Source: an uncultured Gemmatimonadales bacterium (GTDB taxonomy: Bacteria > Gemmatimonadota > Gemmatimonadetes > Gemmatimonadales > Gemmatimonadaceae). Taken from it: a DNA stretch of 64,000 bases. The notes under the pieces were generated by a model. It did not search any database. It was not told where the DNA came from and saw only the letters and a program-made list of their open reading frames with translations. The DNA is taken from the NCBI GenBank assembly GCA_963701965.1, contig OY969695.1, positions 2,752,001-2,816,000 on the forward strand, in the 5' to 3' direction. Each line of letters begins with the position of its first letter. The stretch's first letter is position 1. Below are positions 32,206-42,285 of this stretch, piece by piece. The translations under genes were made by a program, and so were the position numbers.

Positions 32206-33222
32206 ATGCCCGCACCCCGATCACGCGTTCGCACCGCCCTCTGGTTGGCGGCTGGTGCGGGTCTCGCGGTCGCGGTCGCGCTCGTCGTGCGCGAAGGATT
32301 CCACGACATACTCGGGCTGCTGGATGTCGCGGGCTGGCGACTGCTGTGGCTCGTGCCCGCGCACGTCGTGCCACTCGCGTGCTTTGGCGCGGCGTGGCTC
32401 GCGTTGCTTGAGGGCAGAGACCCGCCAAGTCTCGCCTACGTCACGTGGGGCGCGATCGTGCGCGAAGCGGTGTCGGGATTGTTGCCGGTCGCCCGCATCG
32501 GGGGCGAGGTCGTGGGCGTCCGCCTCCTGTCCCGGCGCGGCATTCCGGCGTCCACAGCCGGGGCCAGTGTGGTCGTCGAGCTGACCCTCACGATGGCCGC
32601 GCAGGTGGTATTTGCGGCCATCGGGTTGGTCTTGCTCGCCGGGTATCCGACCGTGGGACCGGCCGTCCGCATCGTCACCGTTGGCCTGCTCGTGGGTATC
32701 GCCGCCATCGCGGCCTTCGTGGTCGTCGTGCGCCGGTGGGGGCGAGCGATGTTCGCGCTCATGCAACGGGTGATCGGGGCCCTGACCGGAAGCACCGATC
32801 GTCTGGGCGGCGATCCGGCGCGGTTCCATGAGGTGCTGCACGCGATGTTCGCCGATCGCGGCGCGCTCACGGCGTGCGGGGTCTGGCAACTGGTTGGCTT
32901 CGTGGCCGGCGCGTTCGAGCTGTGGCTCACGTTGCGCCTCCTCGGCCAGCCGGGTGACGTGCGGATGGCCCTCGTCTTGGAGAGCTCCGCGACGGCCGTC
33001 CAGAGCGCGATGTTCATGGTACCCGGCGGCTTGGGGACACAGGAGGGCGGATTTGTCCTCTTTGGCGCGGCGGTCGGCCTCTCGCCTCAAGTGTCGTTGG
33101 CGCTGTCGTTGGCACGCCGCATGCGGCAAGTCGCGCTTGGGCTCCCTGCCCTCCTGTCGTGGTACTGGACGGAACTCCGTTCCGCCCAGTCGACTTCTGT
33201 TCTCGAGACCGACAGGAGATAA
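32206..33222 (+). CDS. hpnL: HpnL-type membrane protein (LPG-synthase TM/flippase-like)
   Basis: REAV..LLPVARIGGEVVG and FMVPGGLGTQEGGF; hpn context. Confidence 0.85.
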   Translation: MPAPRSRVRTALWLAAGAGLAVAVALVVREGFHDILGLLDVAGWRLLWLVPAHVVPLACFGAAWLALLEGRDPPSLAYVTWGAIVREAVSGLLPVARIGGEVVGVRLLSRRGIPASTAGASVVVELTLTMAAQVVFAAIGLVLLAGYPTVGPAVRIVTVGLLVGIAAIAAFVVVVRRWGRAMFALMQRVIGALTGSTDRLGGDPARFHEVLHAMFADRGALTACGVWQLVGFVAGAFELWLTLRLLGQPGDVRMALVLESSATAVQSAMFMVPGGLGTQEGGFVLFGAAVGLSPQVSLALSLARRMRQVALGLPALLSWYWTELRSAQSTSVLETDRR

Positions 33223-34280
33223 TGACTACTCGCGCCGCAGACAGACCACGAGACGCAGCGCCGGGCGCGGCGAACGGCAGGGAGTTGCAGGACCGACTCC
33301 TACCGGGCGTTTCGCGCACGTTTGCGCTGACGATCCCGCAACTTCCGGGCGCGCTCCGCCCGGTCGTGACCAACGCGTACCTGCTCTGCCGGACGGCGGA
33401 CACGATCGAAGACGAAGTGGCGTTGTCCCCCGAACAAAAGCAGGAGTTCTCGGACCGGTTCATCGAGGTCGTGGCCGGGCGCGCGTCGGCGGAGGCGTTC
33501 GCGCGGGATCTCGAGCCGCTGTTGTCGCCGGCGACCCTGGATGCCGAACGGACATTGGTGCGCGAGACCGAGGCGGTCGTGGGTGTCACGGCGGAATTCA
33601 CGCCGCGGCAGCGCGCGGCGCTGGAGCGGTGCGTCCGCATCATGTGCAATGGGATGCCCCGATTTCAGCGCAACGCGGATCTCGGCGGGCTGGCGGACGT
33701 CCGGGAGTTGGACTGTTACTGCTATTACGTTGCCGGGGTGGTCGGCGAGATGTTGACGGAGCTGTTTTGCGCGCATTCACCCGCGATCGAGGCGCGGCGG
33801 GAGCGGTTGGCGCCGTTGGCGACGTCGTTCGGACAAGGGCTGCAGATGACGAACATCATCAAGGACACCTGGGACGACCGGCGGCGGGGCGTGTGTTGGC
33901 TGCCCCGCGATATTTTCGGCCGGCAGGGACTGGAGTTGGAAACGCTCGCTCCGGGCGGCGACACGGGTGCTCTGGCCGCCGCCATGGACGAGATGATCGC
34001 GATCGCGCACGGGCATTTGCGCGACGCGCTTACATATACGTTGACCATTCCCCAACGGGAAACCGGTATCCGGCGTTTTCTGTTGTGGGCCCTCGGGTTG
34101 GCGGTGCTCACGCTTCGGAAAGTCCATCGCAACCCGGCGTTCCTCGCCGGACACAGTGTCAAGGTTTCGCGTCGCACGGTCCGCGGGACGGTCCTCGCGA
34201 CGTCGTTGTGGGTCCGGAATGATTGGGTGCTCACCCGACTGATGCAGCTGGCGACGCACTCACTCCCAAGGCTGTCATGA
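33222..34280 (+). CDS. Squalene synthase (single-enzyme SQS type)
   Basis: VSRTFALTI, AYLLCRTADTIED, YCYYVAGVVG and GLQMTNIIKD. Confidence 0.85.
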   Translation: MTTRAADRPRDAAPGAANGRELQDRLLPGVSRTFALTIPQLPGALRPVVTNAYLLCRTADTIEDEVALSPEQKQEFSDRFIEVVAGRASAEAFARDLEPLLSPATLDAERTLVRETEAVVGVTAEFTPRQRAALERCVRIMCNGMPRFQRNADLGGLADVRELDCYCYYVAGVVGEMLTELFCAHSPAIEARRERLAPLATSFGQGLQMTNIIKDTWDDRRRGVCWLPRDIFGRQGLELETLAPGGDTGALAAAMDEMIAIAHGHLRDALTYTLTIPQRETGIRRFLLWALGLAVLTLRKVHRNPAFLAGHSVKVSRRTVRGTVLATSLWVRNDWVLTRLMQLATHSLPRLS

Positions 34281-36235
34281 GCTCAACTCTCGTCAGTGTA
34301 GTCGATGTTCCATTACGGCCCGATCCCGACGCTCTGGAAGCCGCGATCGCCCGGGGGTCCGACGCGCTGAGACAGGCGCAGGCCCGCGACGGGTACTGGC
34401 GGTTCGACCTGGAAGCCGACTGCAGCATCACCGCCGAATACGTCCTCATGATGCACTTCATGGACGAAATCGACGGACCGCTCGAGGGGAAGCTGGCGGC
34501 GCATCTCCGGGCCAAGCAAGAGAAACACGGTGGGTGGGGGCTGTATCCCGGCAGCGACTGCGATCTCAGTTGCTCGGTGAAGGCGTACTATGCGCTCAAG
34601 CTCGCGGGCGACGACGCGAACGCGGAGCACATGGTCCGCGCGCGCAAAGCGATCCTCGCCCGCGGCGGCGCGGCGCGGGCCAATGTGTTCACGCGCATCA
34701 CGCTGGCGCTGTTCGAGCAGATTCCGTGGCGGGGGTGTCCGTTCCTGCCGGTCGAGATCGTGCTCCTGCCGCGCTGGTTCCCGTTCCACCTCACCAAGGT
34801 CTCGTACTGGTCGCGCACCGTGATGGTGCCGCTGGCCATTCTGTGTAGCCTCAAGCGCCGGGCGCGGAATCCGCGGCGCGTGAACGTGCGGGAGCTGTTC
34901 GTCACGTCGCCCGAACTGGAAAAAGAATACTTTCCGGCGCGCTCGACGCTGAGTCGCGCGTTCGCGGCGCTCGATGCGCTGGGGCGGCGGAGCGAACCGC
35001 GCATCCCGGATGCGGCGCGGCGCCGGGCGCTGCTGCGCGCGACCCGTTGGTTCACGGCGCGGCTCAACGGCACGGACGGACTGGGGGGCATCTTCCCCGC
35101 GATGGTCAATGCCTATGAGGCGTTGGCCGCGCTCGGCTACGGCTACGATCACCCGTACCGGGTGCAGGCGCGCGAAGCGCTGCGCAAGCTGCTCGTGGTC
35201 GAGGGCGACAGGGCGTATTGTCAACCGTGCGTGTCGCCCGTGTGGGACACCGCGCTGGCGACGCTCGCGCTCCAGGAGGTCGGCGACCAGGCTTCGACGG
35301 CGTCGGCCGGCCGCGCGCTCGACTGGATGGTCTCCAAGCAGCTCCGCGACGATGAGCCGGGAGATTGGCGGGCGATCCGGCCCGGCGTGCACGGAGGCGG
35401 TTGGGCGTTTCAATTCGCGAATCCGCACTATCCGGATCTCGACGACACCGCCGCGGTCGCGTGGGCGCTTTCGCGCGCCAGTCGGCCGGAACGCTATCGC
35501 CGGTCAATGGCGTCGGCCGTCGAATGGATCGTCGGGATGCAGAGCCGGAATGGCGGCTTCGGCGCGTTCGACGCCGACAACACGGCGCGGTATCTCAATC
35601 AGATCCCGTTCGCCGACCATGGCGCGCTGCTCGATCCGCCGACGAGCAATGTGAGCGCGCGGTGCGCGCTCGCGCTGGCCCGGCACGGACGGCCGGAACA
35701 CCGGTTCGCGTTGACGCGCTGTCTGGCGTTCGTGCGGAGCGAGCAGGAGCCGGCCGGATCCTGGTTCGGACAATGGGGAACGAACTACGTGTATGGCACG
35801 TGGTCGGTGCTCACGGCGCTCGAATTGGCCGGCGGCGCCGCCAATGCGCCGATCATCGCCCGCGCGGCCGCGTGGCTCAAGGCGACGCAGAACCCCGACG
35901 GTGGCTGGGGCGAGGGATGCGCCAGCTACTACGACAATGGCTGCGTCTCCCGTCGCGATCCGAGCACGGCCTGCCAGACGGCATGGGCGGTCCTCGGTCT
36001 GCTGGCGGCCGGGGAGGTCCGGTCGGCCGAAGTGCGCCGCGGCATCGCGTATCTGTTGGCGCGCCAAGACCGGGACGGCGACGGGCTGTGGGATGATCCC
36101 TGGTTCAACGCGCCCGGGTTTCCGCGCGTGTTCTATCTCAAGTATCACGGATACGCGAAGTACTTTCCGCTCTGGGCCCTGGCCCGATATCGCGCGCTGT
36201 CGCCGGGCGCGGTCGAGGAAGGACGTCGGGCGTGA
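34277..36235 (+). CDS. shc: Squalene-hopene cyclase
   Basis: YPDLDDTA catalytic motif, QW repeats, SPVWDT and GFPRVFYLKYHGY. Confidence 0.97.
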   Translation: MSSTLVSVVDVPLRPDPDALEAAIARGSDALRQAQARDGYWRFDLEADCSITAEYVLMMHFMDEIDGPLEGKLAAHLRAKQEKHGGWGLYPGSDCDLSCSVKAYYALKLAGDDANAEHMVRARKAILARGGAARANVFTRITLALFEQIPWRGCPFLPVEIVLLPRWFPFHLTKVSYWSRTVMVPLAILCSLKRRARNPRRVNVRELFVTSPELEKEYFPARSTLSRAFAALDALGRRSEPRIPDAARRRALLRATRWFTARLNGTDGLGGIFPAMVNAYEALAALGYGYDHPYRVQAREALRKLLVVEGDRAYCQPCVSPVWDTALATLALQEVGDQASTASAGRALDWMVSKQLRDDEPGDWRAIRPGVHGGGWAFQFANPHYPDLDDTAAVAWALSRASRPERYRRSMASAVEWIVGMQSRNGGFGAFDADNTARYLNQIPFADHGALLDPPTSNVSARCALALARHGRPEHRFALTRCLAFVRSEQEPAGSWFGQWGTNYVYGTWSVLTALELAGGAANAPIIARAAAWLKATQNPDGGWGEGCASYYDNGCVSRRDPSTACQTAWAVLGLLAAGEVRSAEVRRGIAYLLARQDRDGDGLWDDPWFNAPGFPRVFYLKYHGYAKYFPLWALARYRALSPGAVEEGRRA

Positions 36236-36957
36236 CCGCCGCGGAGACGGCGCCGACCGTGGCGACGGTGGGCGTCGTCGCCGCGCTCGCCGCGGAAGCG
36301 CGGTGGCTGGACGGCGTGCGCGGACCGCCGGACTCGCCGCTCCGCGTCCTGGTGAGCGGCGTCGGCGCGCGCGCGGCCCAACGCGCCGCCGAGCGCCTGC
36401 TGGCCGACGGCGCGCGGTCGCTCGTGAGTTGGGGCACCGCCGCTGGACTGCATCCGACGCTCGCCCCGGGCACGTTGCTCATCGCGGACCGCGTGCTGGC
36501 GGACGCCGCCGCGACGACCGCCCTCGAGCCTACCCTGGCGTGGGCCGATCGCTTGGCCACCGCGCTGCAGGGCGTGGTCCCGGTCGCCCGCGGCACGATG
36601 GCGTGCCCGCGCGCCGTGCTGCGGACCGCCGCCGACAAGAGCGCGCTGGCCCGCGCCAGCGGCGCGATCGGCGCCGACATGGAGAGCGCGGCCATCGGAC
36701 GGGTGGCCGAGGCGGCCGGTGTCGCCTGGATCGTCGTGCGCGTCGTGTCCGACGGCTGGGACGCCACGGTGCCCGAGAGCGTCGTCGCCGCGGTCGGCAA
36801 TGACGGCGCGATTCGACTCGGCCGGTTGGCGAGGGCCGTCCTCGCGCGCCCGTCCGACCTGCGGGCGTTTCCCGCGCTCGCCCGCGGTATGCGGGTCGCG
36901 GGACGGACGATGCGCCGGGCGGCGCCAGTGCTCGCCTGCGGCGGGCGGGAAGCGTGA
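36232..36957 (+). CDS. hpnG: Hopanoid-associated phosphorylase/nucleosidase HpnG
   Basis: [15 protein letters not shown] and RVVSD; immediately after shc. Confidence 0.85.
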   Translation: MTAAETAPTVATVGVVAALAAEARWLDGVRGPPDSPLRVLVSGVGARAAQRAAERLLADGARSLVSWGTAAGLHPTLAPGTLLIADRVLADAAATTALEPTLAWADRLATALQGVVPVARGTMACPRAVLRTAADKSALARASGAIGADMESAAIGRVAEAAGVAWIVVRVVSDGWDATVPESVVAAVGNDGAIRLGRLARAVLARPSDLRAFPALARGMRVAGRTMRRAAPVLACGGREA

Positions 36958-37949
36958 TGAAGGCGCTGGTCACGGGTGCCACCGGGTTCGTTGGCGCGGC
37001 GGTCGCGCGCCGCTTGCGCGAGGCGGGACACGAGGTGCGTGCGCTCGTGCGCCCGCGCGCCGATCGCCACAATGTCGAGGGGCGGGGCATCGAGACGGTC
37101 GAGGGAGACCTGACCGATCGCGCCTCGCTCGCGCGCGCGGTGCGCGGATGTCAGGCGGTCTTTCACGTCGCGGCCGACTATCGGCTCTGGGTTCCGTCGC
37201 CTGCCGCGATGTACGCGGCCAACGTCAAGGGCACACGGTCGGTACTGCAGGCAGCCGGGGAAGCGGGCGTCGAGCGGATCGTCTACACGAGCAGCGTCGC
37301 GACCCTGGGCCTGCGCGCCGACGGCTTACCGGCCGACGAGGAAACCCCGTCGACCCTCGACGACATGATCGGTCACTACAAGCGCTCGAAGTTCCTGGCC
37401 GAGGAAGTCGTGCACACCATGGCCGCCTCCGGTACGCCGGTCGTGATCGTGAATCCCTCGACGCCCATCGGGCCGGGCGATGTGAAACCGACACCGACCG
37501 GCCGCATGATCCGGGATGCCCTGGCGGGCCGCATGCCGGCCTACGTCGATACCGGGCTCAACGTGGTGCACGTCGACGACGTAGCGACAGGGCATCTGCT
37601 CGCGTACGAGCGGGGCCAGATCGGGCGCCGTTACATCTTGGGCGGAACCGATATGACGCTCAAGGAGATTCTGACAGAGTTGGCGCACATTGCCGGCCGC
37701 CGTCCGCCACGGTGGCGGCTGCCGCAGCGGGCCCTGCTCCCCATCGCGTATCTCGCGGAAGGATGGGCGCACGTGAGCGGGCGCGAACCGTTGACCACGG
37801 TGGACGGCGTTCGCTTGTCGGCGAAGCGTATGTACTTTTCGAGTGCGAGGGCGGCACGCGAGCTGGGCTATGGAGGGGCGACGCGCGAACCTCGTCGCGC
37901 GCTCGAGGATGCGGCCGAGTGGTTTCGGGGGGCGAGCGTATGGACCTGA
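36954..37949 (+). CDS. hpnA: Hopanoid-associated NAD-dependent epimerase/dehydratase HpnA
   Basis: [23 protein letters not shown] and GDVKPTPTG. Confidence 0.92.
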   Translation: MMKALVTGATGFVGAAVARRLREAGHEVRALVRPRADRHNVEGRGIETVEGDLTDRASLARAVRGCQAVFHVAADYRLWVPSPAAMYAANVKGTRSVLQAAGEAGVERIVYTSSVATLGLRADGLPADEETPSTLDDMIGHYKRSKFLAEEVVHTMAASGTPVVIVNPSTPIGPGDVKPTPTGRMIRDALAGRMPAYVDTGLNVVHVDDVATGHLLAYERGQIGRRYILGGTDMTLKEILTELAHIAGRRPPRWRLPQRALLPIAYLAEGWAHVSGREPLTTVDGVRLSAKRMYFSSARAARELGYGGATREPRRALEDAAEWFRGASVWT

Positions 37950-38896
37950 TTCTGGCGCAACCCCGTGGCTTCTGTGCGGGCGTCGTTCGCGCGATCGAAA
38001 TCGTCGAGCGCACGTTGGAGCTCCACGGGGCGCCCGTGTATGTCCTGCACGAGATCGTGCACAATCGCCGCGTCGTCGAGGATCTGGAGCAGCGGGGCGC
38101 GATCTTCGTCGAGGAGATGAGTCAGGTGCCAACCGGGGCGATCTTGATCTTCAGTGCCCACGGCGTCGCCCGTAAAGTCGAACACGCCGCCGCGGCCCGT
38201 GGGCTGCGCGTGATCAATGCCACCTGTCCTCTGGTCACCAAAGTCCATCTCCAGGCCCAGCGCTACGCGCGCGAGGGCCGCGAGCTGATCATCGTGGGGC
38301 ACGCTGGCCACATCGAGGTCGCCGGAACTGTCGGCCAGGCGGATGGCCCGGTCCACGTCCTGTGCAGTCCAAGAGAAGTGGATGAGCTCGTCGTGACGGA
38401 TCCGGACCGACTGGCGTACGTGACCCAAACGACCTTGAGCATCGACGACACCCGCGAAGTGGTCGATGCGCTCAAGCGGCGGTTTCCGTCGATCAAGGGC
38501 CCCGGACTCGACGACATCTGCTACGCGACCCAGAACCGGCAAAATGCGGTGCGGGCGCTCGCCGTGCGGGCCCATGTCCTGCTGGTGGTCGGTGCAAGGA
38601 ACAGCTCGAACTCCAACCGGCTTCGTGAAGTCGGGGCGCATCACGGAGTACCTTCCTATCTGATCGAGGAAGCGGGCGATATCGATCCCGCTTGGCTTCC
38701 GACAAACGGCGGGCGGGTGGCGATCACGGCTGGGGCGTCGACGCCGGAGGTGTTGGTGGATCAGGTGATCGAGCGGTTGCGAGGGCTCGGCATCCGATCG
38801 GTGTCGACGATCGATGGGGTGAAGGAAACGACGACTTTTCGGCTGCCGGCGGAGCTCGCGCTCCCGGCGACCGGTGATCTCGAGGAATCGGCCTGA
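37940..38896 (+). CDS. ispH: 4-hydroxy-3-methylbut-2-enyl diphosphate reductase
   Basis: [33 protein letters not shown] and NSSNS. Confidence 0.96.
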   Translation: MDLILAQPRGFCAGVVRAIEIVERTLELHGAPVYVLHEIVHNRRVVEDLEQRGAIFVEEMSQVPTGAILIFSAHGVARKVEHAAAARGLRVINATCPLVTKVHLQAQRYAREGRELIIVGHAGHIEVAGTVGQADGPVHVLCSPREVDELVVTDPDRLAYVTQTTLSIDDTREVVDALKRRFPSIKGPGLDDICYATQNRQNAVRALAVRAHVLLVVGARNSSNSNRLREVGAHHGVPSYLIEEAGDIDPAWLPTNGGRVAITAGASTPEVLVDQVIERLRGLGIRSVSTIDGVKETTTFRLPAELALPATGDLEESA

Positions 38897-40032
38897 TGGG
38901 TATTCCGTTTTCGGCGCAGGCGCGCATTGCGCGCTATGTCCTGGGGAAAAAGCTCTCGGGACAGAAGCGCTTCCCGCTCGTGCTCATGCTGGAGCCGCTC
39001 TTCCAGTGCAACCTGGAATGCTCGGGCTGCGGCAAGATCGCGTACTCCAACGACATTCTGCGGCGGCGGCTGACGGTCGACGAGTGTCTGGCCGCGGTCG
39101 ACGAATGCGGCGCACCCGTCGTCGCGATCCCCGGTGGGGAGCCGCTGATCCACAAAGACATGCCGGAGATCGTGGCCAAGATCCTGGCCCGCGGCAAGCT
39201 CGTGTCGCTGTGCACGAACGCGATCCTGCTGGCGAAGCGCCTCGACGAGTTCACGCCGTCCAAGTACCTGATGTTCTCGGTGCATCTGGATGGCATGCAA
39301 GAGCGCCACGACGCGTCGGTGTGTCGGGACGGGGTGTTCGAGAAAGCGGTGACCGCGATCCGGCTGGCGCGGCGGCGCGGGTTCCGCGTCTCGATCAACG
39401 CGACGTTGTTCCAGGGCGAGGATCCCGAGAAGGTCGCGACGTTTCTGGACTTTGTCACGACAGAGTTGGGCGTCGAGGGCATCACGCTGTCGCCAGGGTA
39501 CAGCTACGAGAAGGCGCCGCGCCACGACGTCTTCTTGGGGCGGAACGAGAGCAAGAAGTTGTTCCGCGAGATCTTCAAGCGGGGCAAGGACAAAGGCTGG
39601 CCGTTGACGGACTCGTCGTTGTTCCTCGATTTCCTCGCGGGGAATCAGCCGTACGAATGCACGCCGTGGAGCACGCCGACCCGGAACGTGTTCGGCTGGC
39701 AGAAGCCGTGCTATCTCCTCGTGAACGAGGGGTACGCGCCGTCGTTCCAAGCGCTCATGGACGAGACGGAGTGGGAGCAGTACGGGACCGGCAAGAATCC
39801 CAAGTGCGACAACTGCATGGCGCACTGCGGGTACGAGGGCGCGGCGGTCGATGACGCATTCGCGCATCCGATCAAGGCGATGCTGGTGTCGCTCCGTGGG
39901 CCCAAGACCGAGGGGCCGTTCGCGCCGGATCCCGAGGTGCGCTACGCCCGGCCGGCCGGTCGTCCGCCGTTGACCGTGCTGCCGGCCGAGCCGGGCCAGC
40001 GCGCGGCCCGAGCAAAGGGCAACTCCAACTGA
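38896..40032 (+). CDS. hpnH: Adenosylhopane-forming radical SAM HpnH
   Basis: PLVLMLEPLFQCNLECSGCGK and CMAHCGYE. Confidence 0.95.
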   Translation: MGIPFSAQARIARYVLGKKLSGQKRFPLVLMLEPLFQCNLECSGCGKIAYSNDILRRRLTVDECLAAVDECGAPVVAIPGGEPLIHKDMPEIVAKILARGKLVSLCTNAILLAKRLDEFTPSKYLMFSVHLDGMQERHDASVCRDGVFEKAVTAIRLARRRGFRVSINATLFQGEDPEKVATFLDFVTTELGVEGITLSPGYSYEKAPRHDVFLGRNESKKLFREIFKRGKDKGWPLTDSSLFLDFLAGNQPYECTPWSTPTRNVFGWQKPCYLLVNEGYAPSFQALMDETEWEQYGTGKNPKCDNCMAHCGYEGAAVDDAFAHPIKAMLVSLRGPKTEGPFAPDPEVRYARPAGRPPLTVLPAEPGQRAARAKGNSN

Positions 40033-41189
40033 CCGCGCCCGGCGCGGCGGCCGCCGCAGCCACGGCGGCCGCGGCGCTGTGGCTCGCGATTCTGCTGGCG
40101 CCGTGGCGGCCGTGGAGCACGGCCGAACGGCTGGATGCCAGCCGCCAACGGAGATCGGGCGGCGACGATCGCCCGGGGGATGATGATCTCTCGCAGGACC
40201 TGGGGGATGTCACGGCGCTGATCCCCGCCCGCGACGAGGGCGCCCTCATCGGGCGCACGGTGTCGGCCCTCGCCGCCCAAGGCATCAGCCGGATCATCGT
40301 GGTCGACGACCAGTCGACGGATGACACCGCCAGCGCGGCCCGTAGTGCCGGTGCCGAGGTTATCCCGGGTGAGCCTCTACCGCCGGACTGGGTCGGTAAA
40401 CTGTGGGCGCTCGAGCAGGGACGTCTGCAGGTGACCACGCCGTTGACACTGCTCGTCGACGCTGATATAGAGCTTCATAAGGGCACTATCAGAGCACTAT
40501 TGCAACAGAAGGCCAGGCGCGGTCGAGTCCAGCTCGTATCGTTGATGGCGGTGCTGGAAATGGACAATGCGTGGGAGAAGCTCCTCATCCCCGCGTTCAT
40601 CTACTTCTTCAAGCTGCTGTATCCGTTCCGCCTGGCCAACGGCAAGACCCGGCTGGTGGCCGCCGCGGCCGGGGGCTGTGTGCTCGTCGAAACGGCGGTG
40701 CTCGCGCGCATTGGCGGGTTTGGCGCGCTCCGCGGCGCCATCATCGACGATTGCACGCTCGCCCGCCGGGTCAAGGATGCTGGAGGCCGCACCTGGATCG
40801 GCCTGACGCACTCGGCGGTGAGCCGGCGCGCGATGCACGGTCTCGCGCCCATCTGGTCGATGGTCGCCCGGTCGGCGTTCGCGCAATTGCGCTATTCGAC
40901 GGCGCTCCTCGTCGCCTGCGTGGCGGTCCTGGCCTTGGCGTTCTGGGTCCCGCCCGCCGGCCTCTTCGTCCCCGCCATGCGCCTGCCTTCGGCGGTCGCG
41001 CTCGTCGCGATGATGACGACGTATCTCCCGGTCCTGCACTTCTACAGGCGTTCCCCCCTCTGGGCGCTGGCCCTGCCGGTCGCCGGAACGTTCTACGTCT
41101 TCATGACCATCACGTCGGCCGTCCGGTACTGGCGCGGCGAGCGGTCCCGGTGGAAAGGACGCGTCTACGCATCTTCCGGGGAGGGATAA
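40029..41189 (+). CDS. hpnB: Hopanoid glycosyltransferase HpnB (apparent CTG start)
   Basis: Manual in-frame extension gives LAPWRPWSTAERL and LIPARDE; also WVGKLWAL, DADI, IIDDC and WKGR. Confidence 0.85.
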   Translation: MTAPGAAAAAATAAAALWLAILLAPWRPWSTAERLDASRQRRSGGDDRPGDDDLSQDLGDVTALIPARDEGALIGRTVSALAAQGISRIIVVDDQSTDDTASAARSAGAEVIPGEPLPPDWVGKLWALEQGRLQVTTPLTLLVDADIELHKGTIRALLQQKARRGRVQLVSLMAVLEMDNAWEKLLIPAFIYFFKLLYPFRLANGKTRLVAAAAGGCVLVETAVLARIGGFGALRGAIIDDCTLARRVKDAGGRTWIGLTHSAVSRRAMHGLAPIWSMVARSAFAQLRYSTALLVACVAVLALAFWVPPAGLFVPAMRLPSAVALVAMMTTYLPVLHFYRRSPLWALALPVAGTFYVFMTITSAVRYWRGERSRWKGRVYASSGEG

Positions 41190-41200
41190 AAATACGTATC

Positions 41201-42217
41201 ATGGGGGCCCGTAAGCCGAGGTCGCTCCCCTTGTCCGTGACATTCTCGCCGGCCGATCTCAGTCGGATGGAGATGGCCGCGGAGGCGCTGCTGTCCCCGC
41301 TCGCCCACGAGCGGGTCGATGATTGGCGGCGCACGGTCACGCGCACGATCAAACGCGCGCTCGACGGGGACCGGGCCACGTTCACCCTCGCGCCGCCCAG
41401 TGAGCCGGGCGCCGGGGCGACGTTCAGCGAGGAGGACCCGACGGTCGCGCTGCGCCCCGACGCGCCCGATGAGCCGGTGTTCGGGTCCGGCCCGATGGAC
41501 AACATTTGCCATGCCGCCGGCATGCAGGCGGCGTGTCGGACGACCAATGCGGTCGGGGTCGTCGTGGTCACGCGCGACGGCCAGGGGACGCTCCCATTTG
41601 GCGAAAAGGCGTTCGCCATGCTTCGGTTGCTGCAGCCGGCCCTCGCTGTGGGCATCGAGATGCGGCAGCGGTTCGCGCGGCGCCGCGCCGAGTTTCACCG
41701 GGTGCTGGACGCGATGCGCGAGGGGCTGGTCCTGATCGACGCGTCGGGACGCGTCGTGCACGAGACGCCAATGCTCGGACGGCTCATGGCCGACGAATGG
41801 GAGTGCGATCGCGTGCGCGCCGTCATGCTGGCCTGCGCGCGGAGTGTCAGCGATGCGCTGCGCGGCATCGGGCTCCCGCGCGGCGCGCTCACGGAGCTCT
41901 GCACCGCGCAGCACCGGTATCGCGTCCGCGGGTGCTACGCGGGCGACGAGTTGGCGGGTTCGGCCGCTGTGCTTGTGGCGCTCGAACGGGTGGGCCCGGC
42001 GCCGGCGCCGGACGATGCGACGCTCCGGGCCCGGTTTGGCCTCACGCCGCGCGAAATCCAGGTCACGCGGCTGCTGGCCGCCGGACGGCGAAACGACGAC
42101 GTCGCGGCGTCGCTCCAGATCAGCCCGCACACGGCGCGCCGCCACACCGAGCGGGTGCTCGCCAAACTCGGCGCCACGTCGCGCGCCGCCGTGGGAGCGC
42201 TCCTCCGCGGCACGTAG
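41201..42217 (+). CDS. LuxR-type C-terminal HTH regulator with PAS-like region
   Basis: FGLTPRE..V..LLAAG...ISPHTARRH...KLG. Confidence 0.82.
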   Translation: MGARKPRSLPLSVTFSPADLSRMEMAAEALLSPLAHERVDDWRRTVTRTIKRALDGDRATFTLAPPSEPGAGATFSEEDPTVALRPDAPDEPVFGSGPMDNICHAAGMQAACRTTNAVGVVVVTRDGQGTLPFGEKAFAMLRLLQPALAVGIEMRQRFARRRAEFHRVLDAMREGLVLIDASGRVVHETPMLGRLMADEWECDRVRAVMLACARSVSDALRGIGLPRGALTELCTAQHRYRVRGCYAGDELAGSAAVLVALERVGPAPAPDDATLRARFGLTPREIQVTRLLAAGRRNDDVAASLQISPHTARRHTERVLAKLGATSRAAVGALLRGT

Positions 42218-42228
42218 GCGCCGGCCGT

Positions 42229-42245
42229 AAATTTGAGCGCAAGAC
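42229..42245 (+). promoter_or_regulatory. Ada box (AAT-N6-GCAA)
   Basis: AAATTTGAGCGCAAGA about 40 nt upstream of ada; matches the box A/box B layout. Confidence 0.65.
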
Positions 42246-42285
42246 TTGGCGCGCGTCATCGGCGAGGGCCAAGCATCATTGGAGC

